From a virus: a stretch of DNA of 27,714 nt. The first letter of the stretch is position 1, and the number at the start of each line of letters is the position of its first letter. The notes under the pieces are model-generated. The model ran no database searches, was not told the DNA's origin, and was given only the letters and a program-made list of their open reading frames with translations. The translations under genes and the position numbers were made by a program. Where the stretch lies: the UHGV virus genome UHGV-0206445. One strand, 5' to 3'. Below, piece by piece: positions 17,867-25,994 of this stretch.

Positions 17867-18446
17867 AGACGGTTTTATTGTTATTCAGTCGTTTATGCGC
17901 TCAGAGTTGGGGCTAAAAGGAAACGAACTGATTATTTACGCCCTAATCTATGGGTTTTGTCAGTCAGAGGGGCACAGTTTCCACGGTTCGAGGCAGTATA
18001 TAAGCGATTGGACAGGGTGCAGCCTATCGACAGTTTCAAACGTGCTTGCTGGGTTGGTTGATTGTGGTTTACTGGTTAAGTCTGAGACTGTAGTTAATGG
18101 CGTTACGTTCAACTCTTACGTGACTACACGCCGTAAACGTTCCGTGCCACAGAGAGAGACTACTGAAACACGTTCAGAGGGCGTGAGAGCCGTTATAGAG
18201 CATTTGAACGAGGTTACTGGTAAATCATACGACTACAGACGGGATAGCAGTTCTAAACCCGTTACAGCCCGTCTAAACGAGGGGTACACAGTCGAGGACT
18301 GTATAAAAGTCATTGATGTTAAGGCTTCTGAGTGGTTGCGAACGGATATGAGGCAGTACCTTAGACCTGAAACCTTGTTCAGAGCGTCTAAGTTCGAGAG
18401 TTATCTACAGCAAGCGCCTACAGAGGTTTTAGAGTGTGCTTTTTAA
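17859..18446 (+). CDS. Phage replication initiator (N-terminal winged HTH plus Phg_2220_C-like domain)
   Basis: LGLKGNELIIYALIYGF..GSRQYISDW HTH; ARLNEGYTVEDC..VID.K...W..YLRPETLF..KFESYL; adjacent to the DnaC-like gene. Confidence 0.88.
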   Translation: MNRDGFIVIQSFMRSELGLKGNELIIYALIYGFCQSEGHSFHGSRQYISDWTGCSLSTVSNVLAGLVDCGLLVKSETVVNGVTFNSYVTTRRKRSVPQRETTETRSEGVRAVIEHLNEVTGKSYDYRRDSSSKPVTARLNEGYTVEDCIKVIDVKASEWLRTDMRQYLRPETLFRASKFESYLQQAPTEVLECAF

Positions 18447-18455
18447 GGGGTAAAC

Positions 18456-19229
18456 GTGGTGAATGTACTGAACAGCTATGAGGGCGTTGACGTTCCTATT
18501 TGCGAGGTTTGCGGTAAGCCTAAAGCCTACCTACATAATGGCAAGTTGTACCCGTCTATGTGTGATTGTCAGATTAAAGAGCATGAGGCAGCCGAGGCAG
18601 CCGAGAGGGCTAACGCCCTCAAAGCTGCACGGGCTGAGAGGGTTAAAACAGCGTTTCAGTTCGAGGAAATGGCAACGCAAACGTTCGAGGCAGCGGACGG
18701 GCTACACGGTGTAGAGCAGCTAGCGAAATGCGAGAAATACGCTAACCGCTGCATTGAGGGCGCTAATTACGGGTTGTTATTGTTCGGCAGTCCAGACGGC
18801 GGGAAAACCTTTGCTAGTTGTGCTATCGCTAACAAGGTCATAGACGCAGGTAAAAGCGTCATTATGAGGTCAGTACCTCAATTAGTCGTGTTCAAAGATA
18901 CGACAGAGAAACGGGCTACAGAGCGCCTACTGGGTCAGTTGTTAAGTTGCGACTTGCTAATACTTGATGACTTAGGCGCTGAACGTACTACCCCGTTTGC
19001 TCAAGAGTTCGTGTATGCAGTGGTTGACGGTCGATATAACGCCCGTAAACCTATGGTAGTGAGTACCAACCTAACCCGTTCAGAGTTAGTACACACGCCC
19101 GATATTACGCAACAGCGCATATACAACAGGGTACTAGAGGTATGTTACCCGTTGGAGTTCAAAACAGGGCGTAAACGCAGCACAAAAGAGCGTTATGCAG
19201 CAATGCTAAAGGATATTGAGAGAGGTTGA
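18456..19229 (+). CDS. DnaC/IstB-like AAA+ helicase loader
   Basis: CEVCG..CDC Zn motif, Walker A GSPDGGKT, Walker B LLILDDLGAE, STNL. Confidence 0.9.
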   Translation: MVNVLNSYEGVDVPICEVCGKPKAYLHNGKLYPSMCDCQIKEHEAAEAAERANALKAARAERVKTAFQFEEMATQTFEAADGLHGVEQLAKCEKYANRCIEGANYGLLLFGSPDGGKTFASCAIANKVIDAGKSVIMRSVPQLVVFKDTTEKRATERLLGQLLSCDLLILDDLGAERTTPFAQEFVYAVVDGRYNARKPMVVSTNLTRSELVHTPDITQQRIYNRVLEVCYPLEFKTGRKRSTKERYAAMLKDIERG

Positions 19230-19231
19230 AC

Positions 19232-19417
19232 ATGAATGTAAAAACACTCAAAAAGGCAATGAAAGAACAGGGCTTGAACAGTAAGGGCGTAGCCGTTAAA
19301 TGCGGGCTGGATAGGACTACCGTCTTTAGGCTACAAAACGGCGAACGTGAGCCGTCTTTGCGTGTGTTCAAAAAGCTATGTAAGGGCTTGGATATTAGCC
19401 CTGAAAACCTTTGGTAG
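19232..19417 (+). CDS. XRE/Cro-like HTH regulator
   Basis: VAVKCGLDRTTVFRLQNGEREPSL..KKLCKGLDIS; GAGAGG SD. Confidence 0.88.
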   Translation: MNVKTLKKAMKEQGLNSKGVAVKCGLDRTTVFRLQNGEREPSLRVFKKLCKGLDISPENLW

Positions 19418-19422
19418 GCGTT

Positions 19423-20052
19423 ATGTGCGAGTATAACCTAGGTTTTAAGGCAGCTAACAAGCTACCTATGACAGAGTGCGAACAGTACGAAGAATTGCTA
19501 GAGCAGTTCCTAGAGAGTTCCGACCTTATTATTACTAAAGCGTGTGAGAGCCGAGAGAGTACCATTAGCACGGTTGCGGGCTTGATGTTACACGCTAAGG
19601 GTAAGCCCGTAGAAGTTGGCTATGAGTTCAATACGGTCTATGTTAGGAAGATGTTAGAAATGGCAAAAGTAACTACTTTACCTGCTATTTTGCAGCCTTT
19701 AATGGGTAAGCCGTCTATCAAGGCTCACAGGTGCGTTGTATGCGGTTGTACCTACCCGTTGAACAATCACCATATTGTCAGACGTTCGGCTGGTAAGATG
19801 TACGTTAACGGGGTAGAGTTAGAGAAACCCGTTATTACTCTATGCGGTAGCGGTAACGCTAGCGGTTGCCACGGTCTAGCGCATGAAAACAGGCTACATT
19901 TTAGGTGGGTAACAGTACCGCAAAAGGCAGTACAGCAAGGACTACCAACTATTAACGGCGGTCACTGGGAATATAAGATATTCGATAAACCGACTAAATA
20001 TATTGACGCTATCAAGTCAGATAGAGGTTGGAAAAGAATATCTACCTGCTAA
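19423..20052 (+). CDS. HNH-like zinc-binding endonuclease with N-terminal extension
   Basis: CVVCG..LNNHHIV..ITLCGSGNASGCHGLAH; start uncertain (19411, 19423 or internal 19660). Confidence 0.7.
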   Translation: MCEYNLGFKAANKLPMTECEQYEELLEQFLESSDLIITKACESRESTISTVAGLMLHAKGKPVEVGYEFNTVYVRKMLEMAKVTTLPAILQPLMGKPSIKAHRCVVCGCTYPLNNHHIVRRSAGKMYVNGVELEKPVITLCGSGNASGCHGLAHENRLHFRWVTVPQKAVQQGLPTINGGHWEYKIFDKPTKYIDAIKSDRGWKRISTC

Positions 20053-20054
20053 TA

Positions 20055-20178
20055 TGTAGGAATTGTGGAGGGTTTTCGCCCTCCACTTTATTTTTATAAT
20101 TCTTGTTGACAACTCGCAACAAAGCCCGTATAGTATTAGCTAACAAAGGGGTTACAGGAACTCCGACAAACGAAAGGG
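20055..20178 (+). promoter_or_regulatory. Repeated promoter/leader copy 3
   Basis: TGTAGG 20055; TTGACA 20106-20111, 17 bp, TATAGT 20129-20134; TGTTG-N8-CAACA; leader AACAAA-GGGGTT..AACTCC-GACAAACGAAAGG. Confidence 0.88.
20065..20095 (+). terminator. Intrinsic terminator embedded in promoter copy 3
   Basis: GTGGAGGG-TTTTCG-CCCTCCAC followed by TTTATTTTT. Confidence 0.8.
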
Positions 20179-20184
20179 TATAGC

Positions 20185-20628
20185 ATGGCTGAATTTTCTT
20201 TTTATGATTTTTGCCAACAGGAAAATGGCACTATCGAGGGCTATAACGAAACCGCTATAGACGAAGAAGTAAACGAAATGTGGCACGACTATTTCCGTGA
20301 TAACGCTAGGCGTATCAATGAATGGAATGAGTCCGACTACTTAGACCGTTTTACCGCTGAAAACATTGATACCATTTACGAGATTATCAACCGCAATTAT
20401 GAGCCTGTACAGTGGTTAGTAGAGTACACAGCTAGGACAGCTAAGGAACTGGGTACACCTGCTCACGGTGGAAACCTCAAGGCGTGGGAAAAGTCATTCA
20501 CAAACGCCCTAGAGGGTAAAGAGTTAGAGCCTAGCGACCTTTGGTTGTTCGTTAATGAGATTGAAACAAAGGGCGTTAGAATGGCGTTTGAAATACCCGT
20601 AAAGTTTACGGCTTTTATGAATGAGTAA
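20185..20628 (+). CDS. Acidic hypothetical protein (slot gene of promoter 3)
   Basis: GAAAGGG SD; D/E- and aromatic-rich. Confidence 0.78.
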   Translation: MAEFSFYDFCQQENGTIEGYNETAIDEEVNEMWHDYFRDNARRINEWNESDYLDRFTAENIDTIYEIINRNYEPVQWLVEYTARTAKELGTPAHGGNLKAWEKSFTNALEGKELEPSDLWLFVNEIETKGVRMAFEIPVKFTAFMNE

Positions 20629-20676
20629 ATAGGCTAGGCGGGGCGTAAAAGCCCCGCTAATAAGAGAGGTGTTTAT

Positions 20677-21051
20677 ATGTACGACAATAGACGTTATGAG
20701 TACCCGCTAAGCCCTGAGAGCGTTATTGACCTATGGCAGGAATGGAAAAGCAAAAATTACCGTGCTATGGACTGGTTCTATTTTCAAGCTAGAGAGTTTG
20801 CATATCGAGGGGCTAGGGTATCGGCTAAATACCTAATCGAGAAACTACGCTATGAGAGCGGGCTACGCATTGAGAGCGTACCATTTACCGACAATCACGG
20901 CGTTTTGCATACATTCGGTATTTCGAACACTCTAACCCCGTTTATCGGTCGTTGGCTAAAAGGGCGTATTCCTGAGTTGGATATACAAATCAACAAAAGC
21001 AGGTTTGACGCTGCAATAGAAAGGGCGGGCGGTATCAATGGGACAGATTAG
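20677..21051 (+). CDS. Hypothetical phage protein
   Basis: GAGAGGT SD after a GC hairpin. Confidence 0.78.
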   Translation: MYDNRRYEYPLSPESVIDLWQEWKSKNYRAMDWFYFQAREFAYRGARVSAKYLIEKLRYESGLRIESVPFTDNHGVLHTFGISNTLTPFIGRWLKGRIPELDIQINKSRFDAAIERAGGINGTD

Positions 21052-21292
21052 TATTACATTCCAAAGCAAGGACGCAGTAAAGGACGCTATTAGGGAACTT
21101 GCTGCCGTCCTAGAGCGGGCTAAACACCATGACGGCGTAGAAGTCCTACCCGCGCACTTTAAGGGCGTAGAAACCGTTTCAGCGCTTGGAATTAGTACGG
21201 GGGGGCGCAGAATTAAGAGGGGTATCAACTTTGAGCGTGGAGTTTTGACCGCTAAAACAGATGTACTAGATAGACCTTTTCCCGAACACTAG
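21038..21292 (+). CDS. Hypothetical protein
   Basis: Coupled ORF, 84 aa. Confidence 0.6.
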   Translation: MGQISITFQSKDAVKDAIRELAAVLERAKHHDGVEVLPAHFKGVETVSALGISTGGRRIKRGINFERGVLTAKTDVLDRPFPEH

Positions 21293-21324
21293 AGGGGGCT
21301 ATATATCGAACTGGGGTTCTATTG

Positions 21325-21428
21325 TGTAGGAATTGTGTAGGCTATTTTCTTGTTGACAACTCGCAACGGTAGGCATATAGTAATACGCAACAAAGGGGTT
21401 AAGGAAACCCCGACACGTTGAAAGGGAG
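21325..21428 (+). promoter_or_regulatory. Repeated promoter/leader copy 4
   Basis: TGTAGG at 21325 and 21336; TTGACA 21353-21358, 17 bp, TATAGT 21376-21381; TGTTG-N8-CAACG; leader AACAAA-GGGGTT..AACCCC-GACACG. Confidence 0.88.
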
Positions 21429-21435
21429 TTACAAA

Positions 21436-21783
21436 ATGGCTTATCGTTGGAAACCTAGCAAGTCCGCAGCCCGTGAGTTCGCAGCAAAGATGAACGAGAT
21501 TGAGAAGTTTTGCGAGGATAACGGTATTGATTCTAGCCTTATGCAGGATAGCTACTACTTCACTATTGACGGTCAAAAGTACCGTGTAAGCAACCACACA
21601 GTAGCAGCCTCAAACCGTGGCGCTTACAACTATGAGGGTGAGCAGGTAAGAGGTCTCTACCACCCTAACGGTGAAGAAGATGACACTATCTATATCACAG
21701 CAAGCAAAACCCGCTTGATTGAGATTTACACAGCCCTTAAAGCAGGCAAAAAGCTAAACCGTAGGGGTAAGGTAATCGACTAA
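21436..21783 (+). CDS. Hypothetical protein (slot gene of promoter 4; SYYF..YRVSNH motif)
   Basis: ATG 21436 after GAAAGGGAG SD. Confidence 0.8.
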   Translation: MAYRWKPSKSAAREFAAKMNEIEKFCEDNGIDSSLMQDSYYFTIDGQKYRVSNHTVAASNRGAYNYEGEQVRGLYHPNGEEDDTIYITASKTRLIEIYTALKAGKKLNRRGKVID

Positions 21784-21838
21784 ATAACAGCAAGCCCCCG
21801 CCTCAAACGGGGCGGGGCGCTATAGAAAGGGTGCAGGT

Positions 21839-22006
21839 ATGGACTGGTTTAATTACGTTTACGGGCTTGTAGTAATGACTATGTTCGTAATTATTACTAT
21901 TTGCGTGTTGGTAGTGACAATAAATGCAGTTTTTCGTGACCCCCTCAAAAGAGAAACGGAGGCATATAACAGGGGTTACGTTGACGGTTTCAATTCACAG
22001 AAATAG
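21839..22006 (+). CDS. 55-aa single-pass membrane protein (absent from the ORF track)
   Basis: GAAAGGG SD; manual translation MDWFNYVYGLVVMTMFVIITICVLVVTINAVFRDPLKRETEAYNRGYVDGFNSQK*. Confidence 0.75.
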   Translation: MDWFNYVYGLVVMTMFVIITICVLVVTINAVFRDPLKRETEAYNRGYVDGFNSQK

Positions 22007-22018
22007 AAAGGAAACAAA

Positions 22019-22585
22019 ATGGTTAGTTTGGCAGAAAAGTACGTATTTGAGCGTTTGGCAATGCTTGAAAAAGAGCATGATGAACACCTTAAAGGCTCAA
22101 GCGCTACCGTTGAGAAAGAGCCTGAAGAGACAGACGGCGTAGAGTTCAAGAAAGAGCCTCTTACAGCCGTTAGATATATTACTAGCGGTTCATGGGCATT
22201 TGAAGATAAAGACTACGGTCTGAATGACGTTGACCGCCTGCGTGAAGTCCTAGAAATGGACGATAAACATCTGTATGAATGGGCTACAGAGGGATACGGC
22301 GAGGGTTGGCATACGGTAACGCCTATTACTAGGCAGGAAACAGAGTTTGCATATCAAGTTCTTGATATGCGTATTGTGCCAAACGCTATTTATGCAAGCG
22401 AAAAAAACTCAGTTGGATATTTCCAACATATCAGCGATACGCCTACTATAGGCAGTTATTGCACACTAGATAATGATGACGCTGTAAAGGCTAAAGCGAT
22501 TGAAGATATCCGATACACTATTAAATGCGCCATTGAACACCTAGAGAATGGAACAGATGAAGAGGAAGAGGATAGCGATGAATAG
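22019..22585 (+). CDS. Acidic hypothetical protein
   Basis: GAAAGGA SD; 188 aa with acidic tail. Confidence 0.78.
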   Translation: MVSLAEKYVFERLAMLEKEHDEHLKGSSATVEKEPEETDGVEFKKEPLTAVRYITSGSWAFEDKDYGLNDVDRLREVLEMDDKHLYEWATEGYGEGWHTVTPITRQETEFAYQVLDMRIVPNAIYASEKNSVGYFQHISDTPTIGSYCTLDNDDAVKAKAIEDIRYTIKCAIEHLENGTDEEEEDSDE

Positions 22586-22787
22586 GCAATATGTTCACAC
22601 AATCAATCAGAGGTTAATAACGCCCATTGACTTTGACGTTGTTAATTATATGGGCTTTAAGGCTGCTATCTTTAGTGACCTATTCGGTATTGACCCGTAT
22701 AATATCGGAGACAGAGACGCATATATACATTTGGTAACAACGACACTGTACCAACCGAAGAGCCTAATGCTCAAGAAGAGTTACTAA
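22578..22787 (+). CDS. Hypothetical protein, possibly frameshifted
   Basis: GAGGA SD before ATG 22578; a protein-like -1 frame runs 22703-22855. Confidence 0.55.
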   Translation: MNRQYVHTINQRLITPIDFDVVNYMGFKAAIFSDLFGIDPYNIGDRDAYIHLVTTTLYQPKSLMLKKSY

Positions 22788-22800
22788 AGGAAGCCGTAGA

Positions 22801-22869
22801 CGTTCTAAGGGGCATTAGAGACAATCTAAGGAAAACATCACCTACTGGGCTATAAACAGCCTTAGAAAG
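22801..22869 (-). repeat. Structured dispersed element copy D (degenerate)
   Basis: GGAAAA-N12-GGCT core (22830-22851) within TTCTAAGG/CCTTAGAA stem; the 3' flank resembles 3600-3640. Confidence 0.4.
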
Positions 22870-22992
22870 CCTCTCAGAGGCTCAAAAGGACTAAAAAGCG
22901 CCCTAAAACTGAATAAAACACACCAAAAAAGCGCCCCTAAGGTAAAATAGAGACAAAACAAACGTTCTATTAAGCCTTAGGGGTGAATTATA

Positions 22993-23388
22993 TTGAAGTG
23001 TAATAAACAAACGTTAGAAATAGCCGTAAAGCTAAAGCGTAAAGGCGCTATGAACGTTGATATTATTAAAGCCTGCAACATTACAGAGAGTACCTTTTAC
23101 CGTTGGGTAAATCAGCCCTCAAATGCAAGGGAACGGGCGTTTTCAGAGGCAATAAAAAGCGCTGAACTGGACTATAAAACGTATCTAACGGATAAGATAC
23201 TGAAAGCAGCTGAAGAACGAGACTGGAAAGCTGCAGCGTGGCTATTAGAGCGTAAATACCCTATGGAATACTCACTAGCGCCTAAGAGGTTCGAGGATAT
23301 CCAAAGACAGGGTACTGATACAGACACCGACCCACTAAGCGAGGCATTAGAGGGTTTGGCAAAGGGGCTAGAGAATGAGCAGCGCTAG
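22993..23388 (+). CDS. terS: Terminase small subunit
   Basis: HTH (ITESTFYRW) plus DWKAAAWLLERKYP; directly upstream of TerL; TTG start. Confidence 0.82.
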   Translation: MKCNKQTLEIAVKLKRKGAMNVDIIKACNITESTFYRWVNQPSNARERAFSEAIKSAELDYKTYLTDKILKAAEERDWKAAAWLLERKYPMEYSLAPKRFEDIQRQGTDTDTDPLSEALEGLAKGLENEQR

Positions 23389-24580
23389 CATAAAGCAGGC
23401 TCAAGTCATGGCGTTTCCCTACACCGACTATCAAGCCTTAATATGTGACGGTGCAGTGCGTAGTGGTAAGACGTCATTTATGGTTTGCAGCTTTATCAAC
23501 TGGTCTATGTCTAACTACAACAATCAGACGTTTATTATCGGCGGTAAGTCCATTGAGAGCGTAGTCCGTAACGTCATTAAGCCTTTGCAGTCTCTAGCAT
23601 GGGCTAGAAAGCGTTTCTCAATGTCATACTCTAGCTATACGCATGAGTTGACCGTAAGGCGTGGCAAGGTTAAGAACGTCTATGTAGTGTTCGGCGGTAA
23701 AGACGCTGCAAGTTACGAACTGGTACAGGGTTTCACGGCAGCGGGTTGCCTAATTGATGAGGTTGTTCTATGCGTAAGGTCGTTCGTTGAGCAGTGTTTA
23801 GCCCGTTGCAGTGTTCAAGGCGCTAGGTTCTTCTTTAACTGTAACCCCGCTAGCCCTACTCACTGGTTCAAGAAAGAATGGATAGATAAAGCCCGTGAAC
23901 ACAACGCCTTGTATCTAAAGTTCACACTAAGGGATAACCCTAGCCTTTCAGAGGACACTTTAAGACGCTATGAGACGATGTACAGCGGGGTATTCCACCA
24001 ACGCTACATATTGGGTGACTGGGTGGCAGCTGAGGGCGTTGTATACGATTGTTTCGACAAAAAGACCATGTGCAGGGATATAGACGTTGACGGTTCGGAT
24101 ATTGTCTATTGCTCTATTGACTACGGTATTACGAACCCGTTTGCAGCCCTGCTATGGGTTGTACGTAATGGGGTAGCGTATTGTTTCCGTGAATACCGCT
24201 ACGATAGCAAAGAGGAACAGAGACGCTTAACCGATGAAGAGCATTGGGCTAACGTCAAAGCGATGTTCAAAGGCTTATGGGTTGATGAAGTCATAGTAGA
24301 CCCTAGCGCCTCTAGTCTGATTGAGTTGATACGCAAAGAGGGCTTTTACAATGTCCGAGGCGCTAAGAATGACGTCCTAAGCGGTATACAACACGTTACA
24401 ACGCTTATGAACACGCACAAGCTAATCATTTCACCCGCTTGTACAGGGCTTATATCTGAGTTGGGTGTATACTCATGGCAGGGTAAAGGTGATACCGTCA
24501 TTAAAGAAAACGACCACTCATGTGACGCCATGCGTTACTTTGTGGAAACGGTCGGTATCAATCTGTTAGACGTTAACTAG
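23375..24580 (+). CDS. terL: Terminase large subunit (PBSX-like)
   Basis: Walker A GAVRSGKT, Walker B CLIDE, NCNP and nuclease motifs IDYG, VDPSA, DHSCDAMRY. Confidence 0.95.
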   Translation: MSSASIKQAQVMAFPYTDYQALICDGAVRSGKTSFMVCSFINWSMSNYNNQTFIIGGKSIESVVRNVIKPLQSLAWARKRFSMSYSSYTHELTVRRGKVKNVYVVFGGKDAASYELVQGFTAAGCLIDEVVLCVRSFVEQCLARCSVQGARFFFNCNPASPTHWFKKEWIDKAREHNALYLKFTLRDNPSLSEDTLRRYETMYSGVFHQRYILGDWVAAEGVVYDCFDKKTMCRDIDVDGSDIVYCSIDYGITNPFAALLWVVRNGVAYCFREYRYDSKEEQRRLTDEEHWANVKAMFKGLWVDEVIVDPSASSLIELIRKEGFYNVRGAKNDVLSGIQHVTTLMNTHKLIISPACTGLISELGVYSWQGKGDTVIKENDHSCDAMRYFVETVGINLLDVN

Positions 24581-24593
24581 AGAGGCTTACACT

Positions 24594-25994
24594 ATGGGTC
24601 TAATCAATTCACTACTTGACAGCATAGCCCGTTCACTGGGTAGACGTATTCAAGGCATGGAACAGTCACAGGCATACCGTGACAGCGGGCGCAAAGGTGA
24701 AGAGTTCTCGGTAGAGAGTATGGTATCTGAGAGCCTCGCTAACCTTATGACAATGCAGTTTACAATGCCTGTAGTTGGTTCGTCTGATAGAGCGGTAGCG
24801 CTTGACCGTGTGAGTACCGATTTTGTGCGTGACAGCTTTACAAACGTTTGTTCTATGGCGTTTCTGACAGGTGACTGTATCACCGTTCCCGCATGGAACG
24901 GGCGTTCTATGTATAACTCCATTGTCACAGCTGAAAACTTCGCTATCCTAGGCGCTAACGGGTCAGAGATTACCGCCTGTATCTATATCGTTGACGAAAA
25001 GAAAGAGCGCAACGGCGCTAAGTGGACACTGTTAAGGCTGATTGAATTAGTACCTTACACCGCCTTTGACGGCTCTCAGACGTTCGCAAACCGCTATAGA
25101 ACGTATGTAGCTAAGAACGGCGTTATCCAAGACGATGACGCATTTAGACAATTCCCTGATTGGTCGGCATATGGTGAACAGGCTGAGTGGATAATTCCGA
25201 ACGTTAACCGTCTACTAATCGGTCGTTATCGTTCGTTCACCTTGAACCCTCAAAACCCTAACGCACAAAAAGGCACACCGATTTGCTACGGTGCGTCTAA
25301 GCCTATCGCAGAAATTCACTACCTAATCGACAAAATGCATGCTGAATTTGCGCTATCAGAGAAAGCCGTTTTTGCTGATAGGTCTCTGTTTGTTAAGGAC
25401 TACCAGCGAGACGCAAGCGGGGCTATTGTAAACGCCCGTCTGAAACTACCCGAGGGTAGAGAGCGCCTATTTATGACTATGCAGGGTACAGGTTCAGACG
25501 GTTCATTGCTCAATGAATGGGCGCCTACCATTCAGTTGCAGCCCTACATTGACGCTTTAGAGAAACAGTATCAAGAGGTTGAGAAGTGCGTAGGCATTTC
25601 ATCGGGCGTTCTATCCAACCTAAACGAGCAGGCATATCAGAATGTTGACAATGTACGCAAAGCAACCGTAAAAACTCAGTCGTTCATTGAGACGGGGCGT
25701 AAGGTTGCTGAAAGCTACCTAGACGATATGGTTTACAGCTGGAACGCTATCTACAACTACTACAACGTGACCCCTGTAGGTGACTATGACGTAGAGTACA
25801 AATGGAGCGATGAATACATCAACACCTTTAGCGACCAGCAAAACGCCATTTTGGCAGGTAACGCAATCGGCGCAACGGACGCCGTAGACTATCGTATGCT
25901 GGTTATGGGTGAAAGTCCCGAGGTTGCAAGGCAAAGGGTTGAAGAAATTGCAGCCTCTAAGCCTACTAACCCACTGTTTAGCGAGGTTGAATAG
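24594..25994 (+). CDS. Portal protein (A118/SPP1-like)
   Basis: 466 aa after TerL; VEKCVGISSGVLS and GESPEVARQRVEEI motifs. Confidence 0.85.
   Translation: MGLINSLLDSIARSLGRRIQGMEQSQAYRDSGRKGEEFSVESMVSESLANLMTMQFTMPVVGSSDRAVALDRVSTDFVRDSFTNVCSMAFLTGDCITVPAWNGRSMYNSIVTAENFAILGANGSEITACIYIVDEKKERNGAKWTLLRLIELVPYTAFDGSQTFANRYRTYVAKNGVIQDDDAFRQFPDWSAYGEQAEWIIPNVNRLLIGRYRSFTLNPQNPNAQKGTPICYGASKPIAEIHYLIDKMHAEFALSEKAVFADRSLFVKDYQRDASGAIVNARLKLPEGRERLFMTMQGTGSDGSLLNEWAPTIQLQPYIDALEKQYQEVEKCVGISSGVLSNLNEQAYQNVDNVRKATVKTQSFIETGRKVAESYLDDMVYSWNAIYNYYNVTPVGDYDVEYKWSDEYINTFSDQQNAILAGNAIGATDAVDYRMLVMGESPEVARQRVEEIAASKPTNPLFSEVE

Noticed and set aside
21924..22142. 72-aa + strand ORF
   Set aside because: It overlaps two better-supported genes (21839-22006 and 22019-22585) that each have a strong SD
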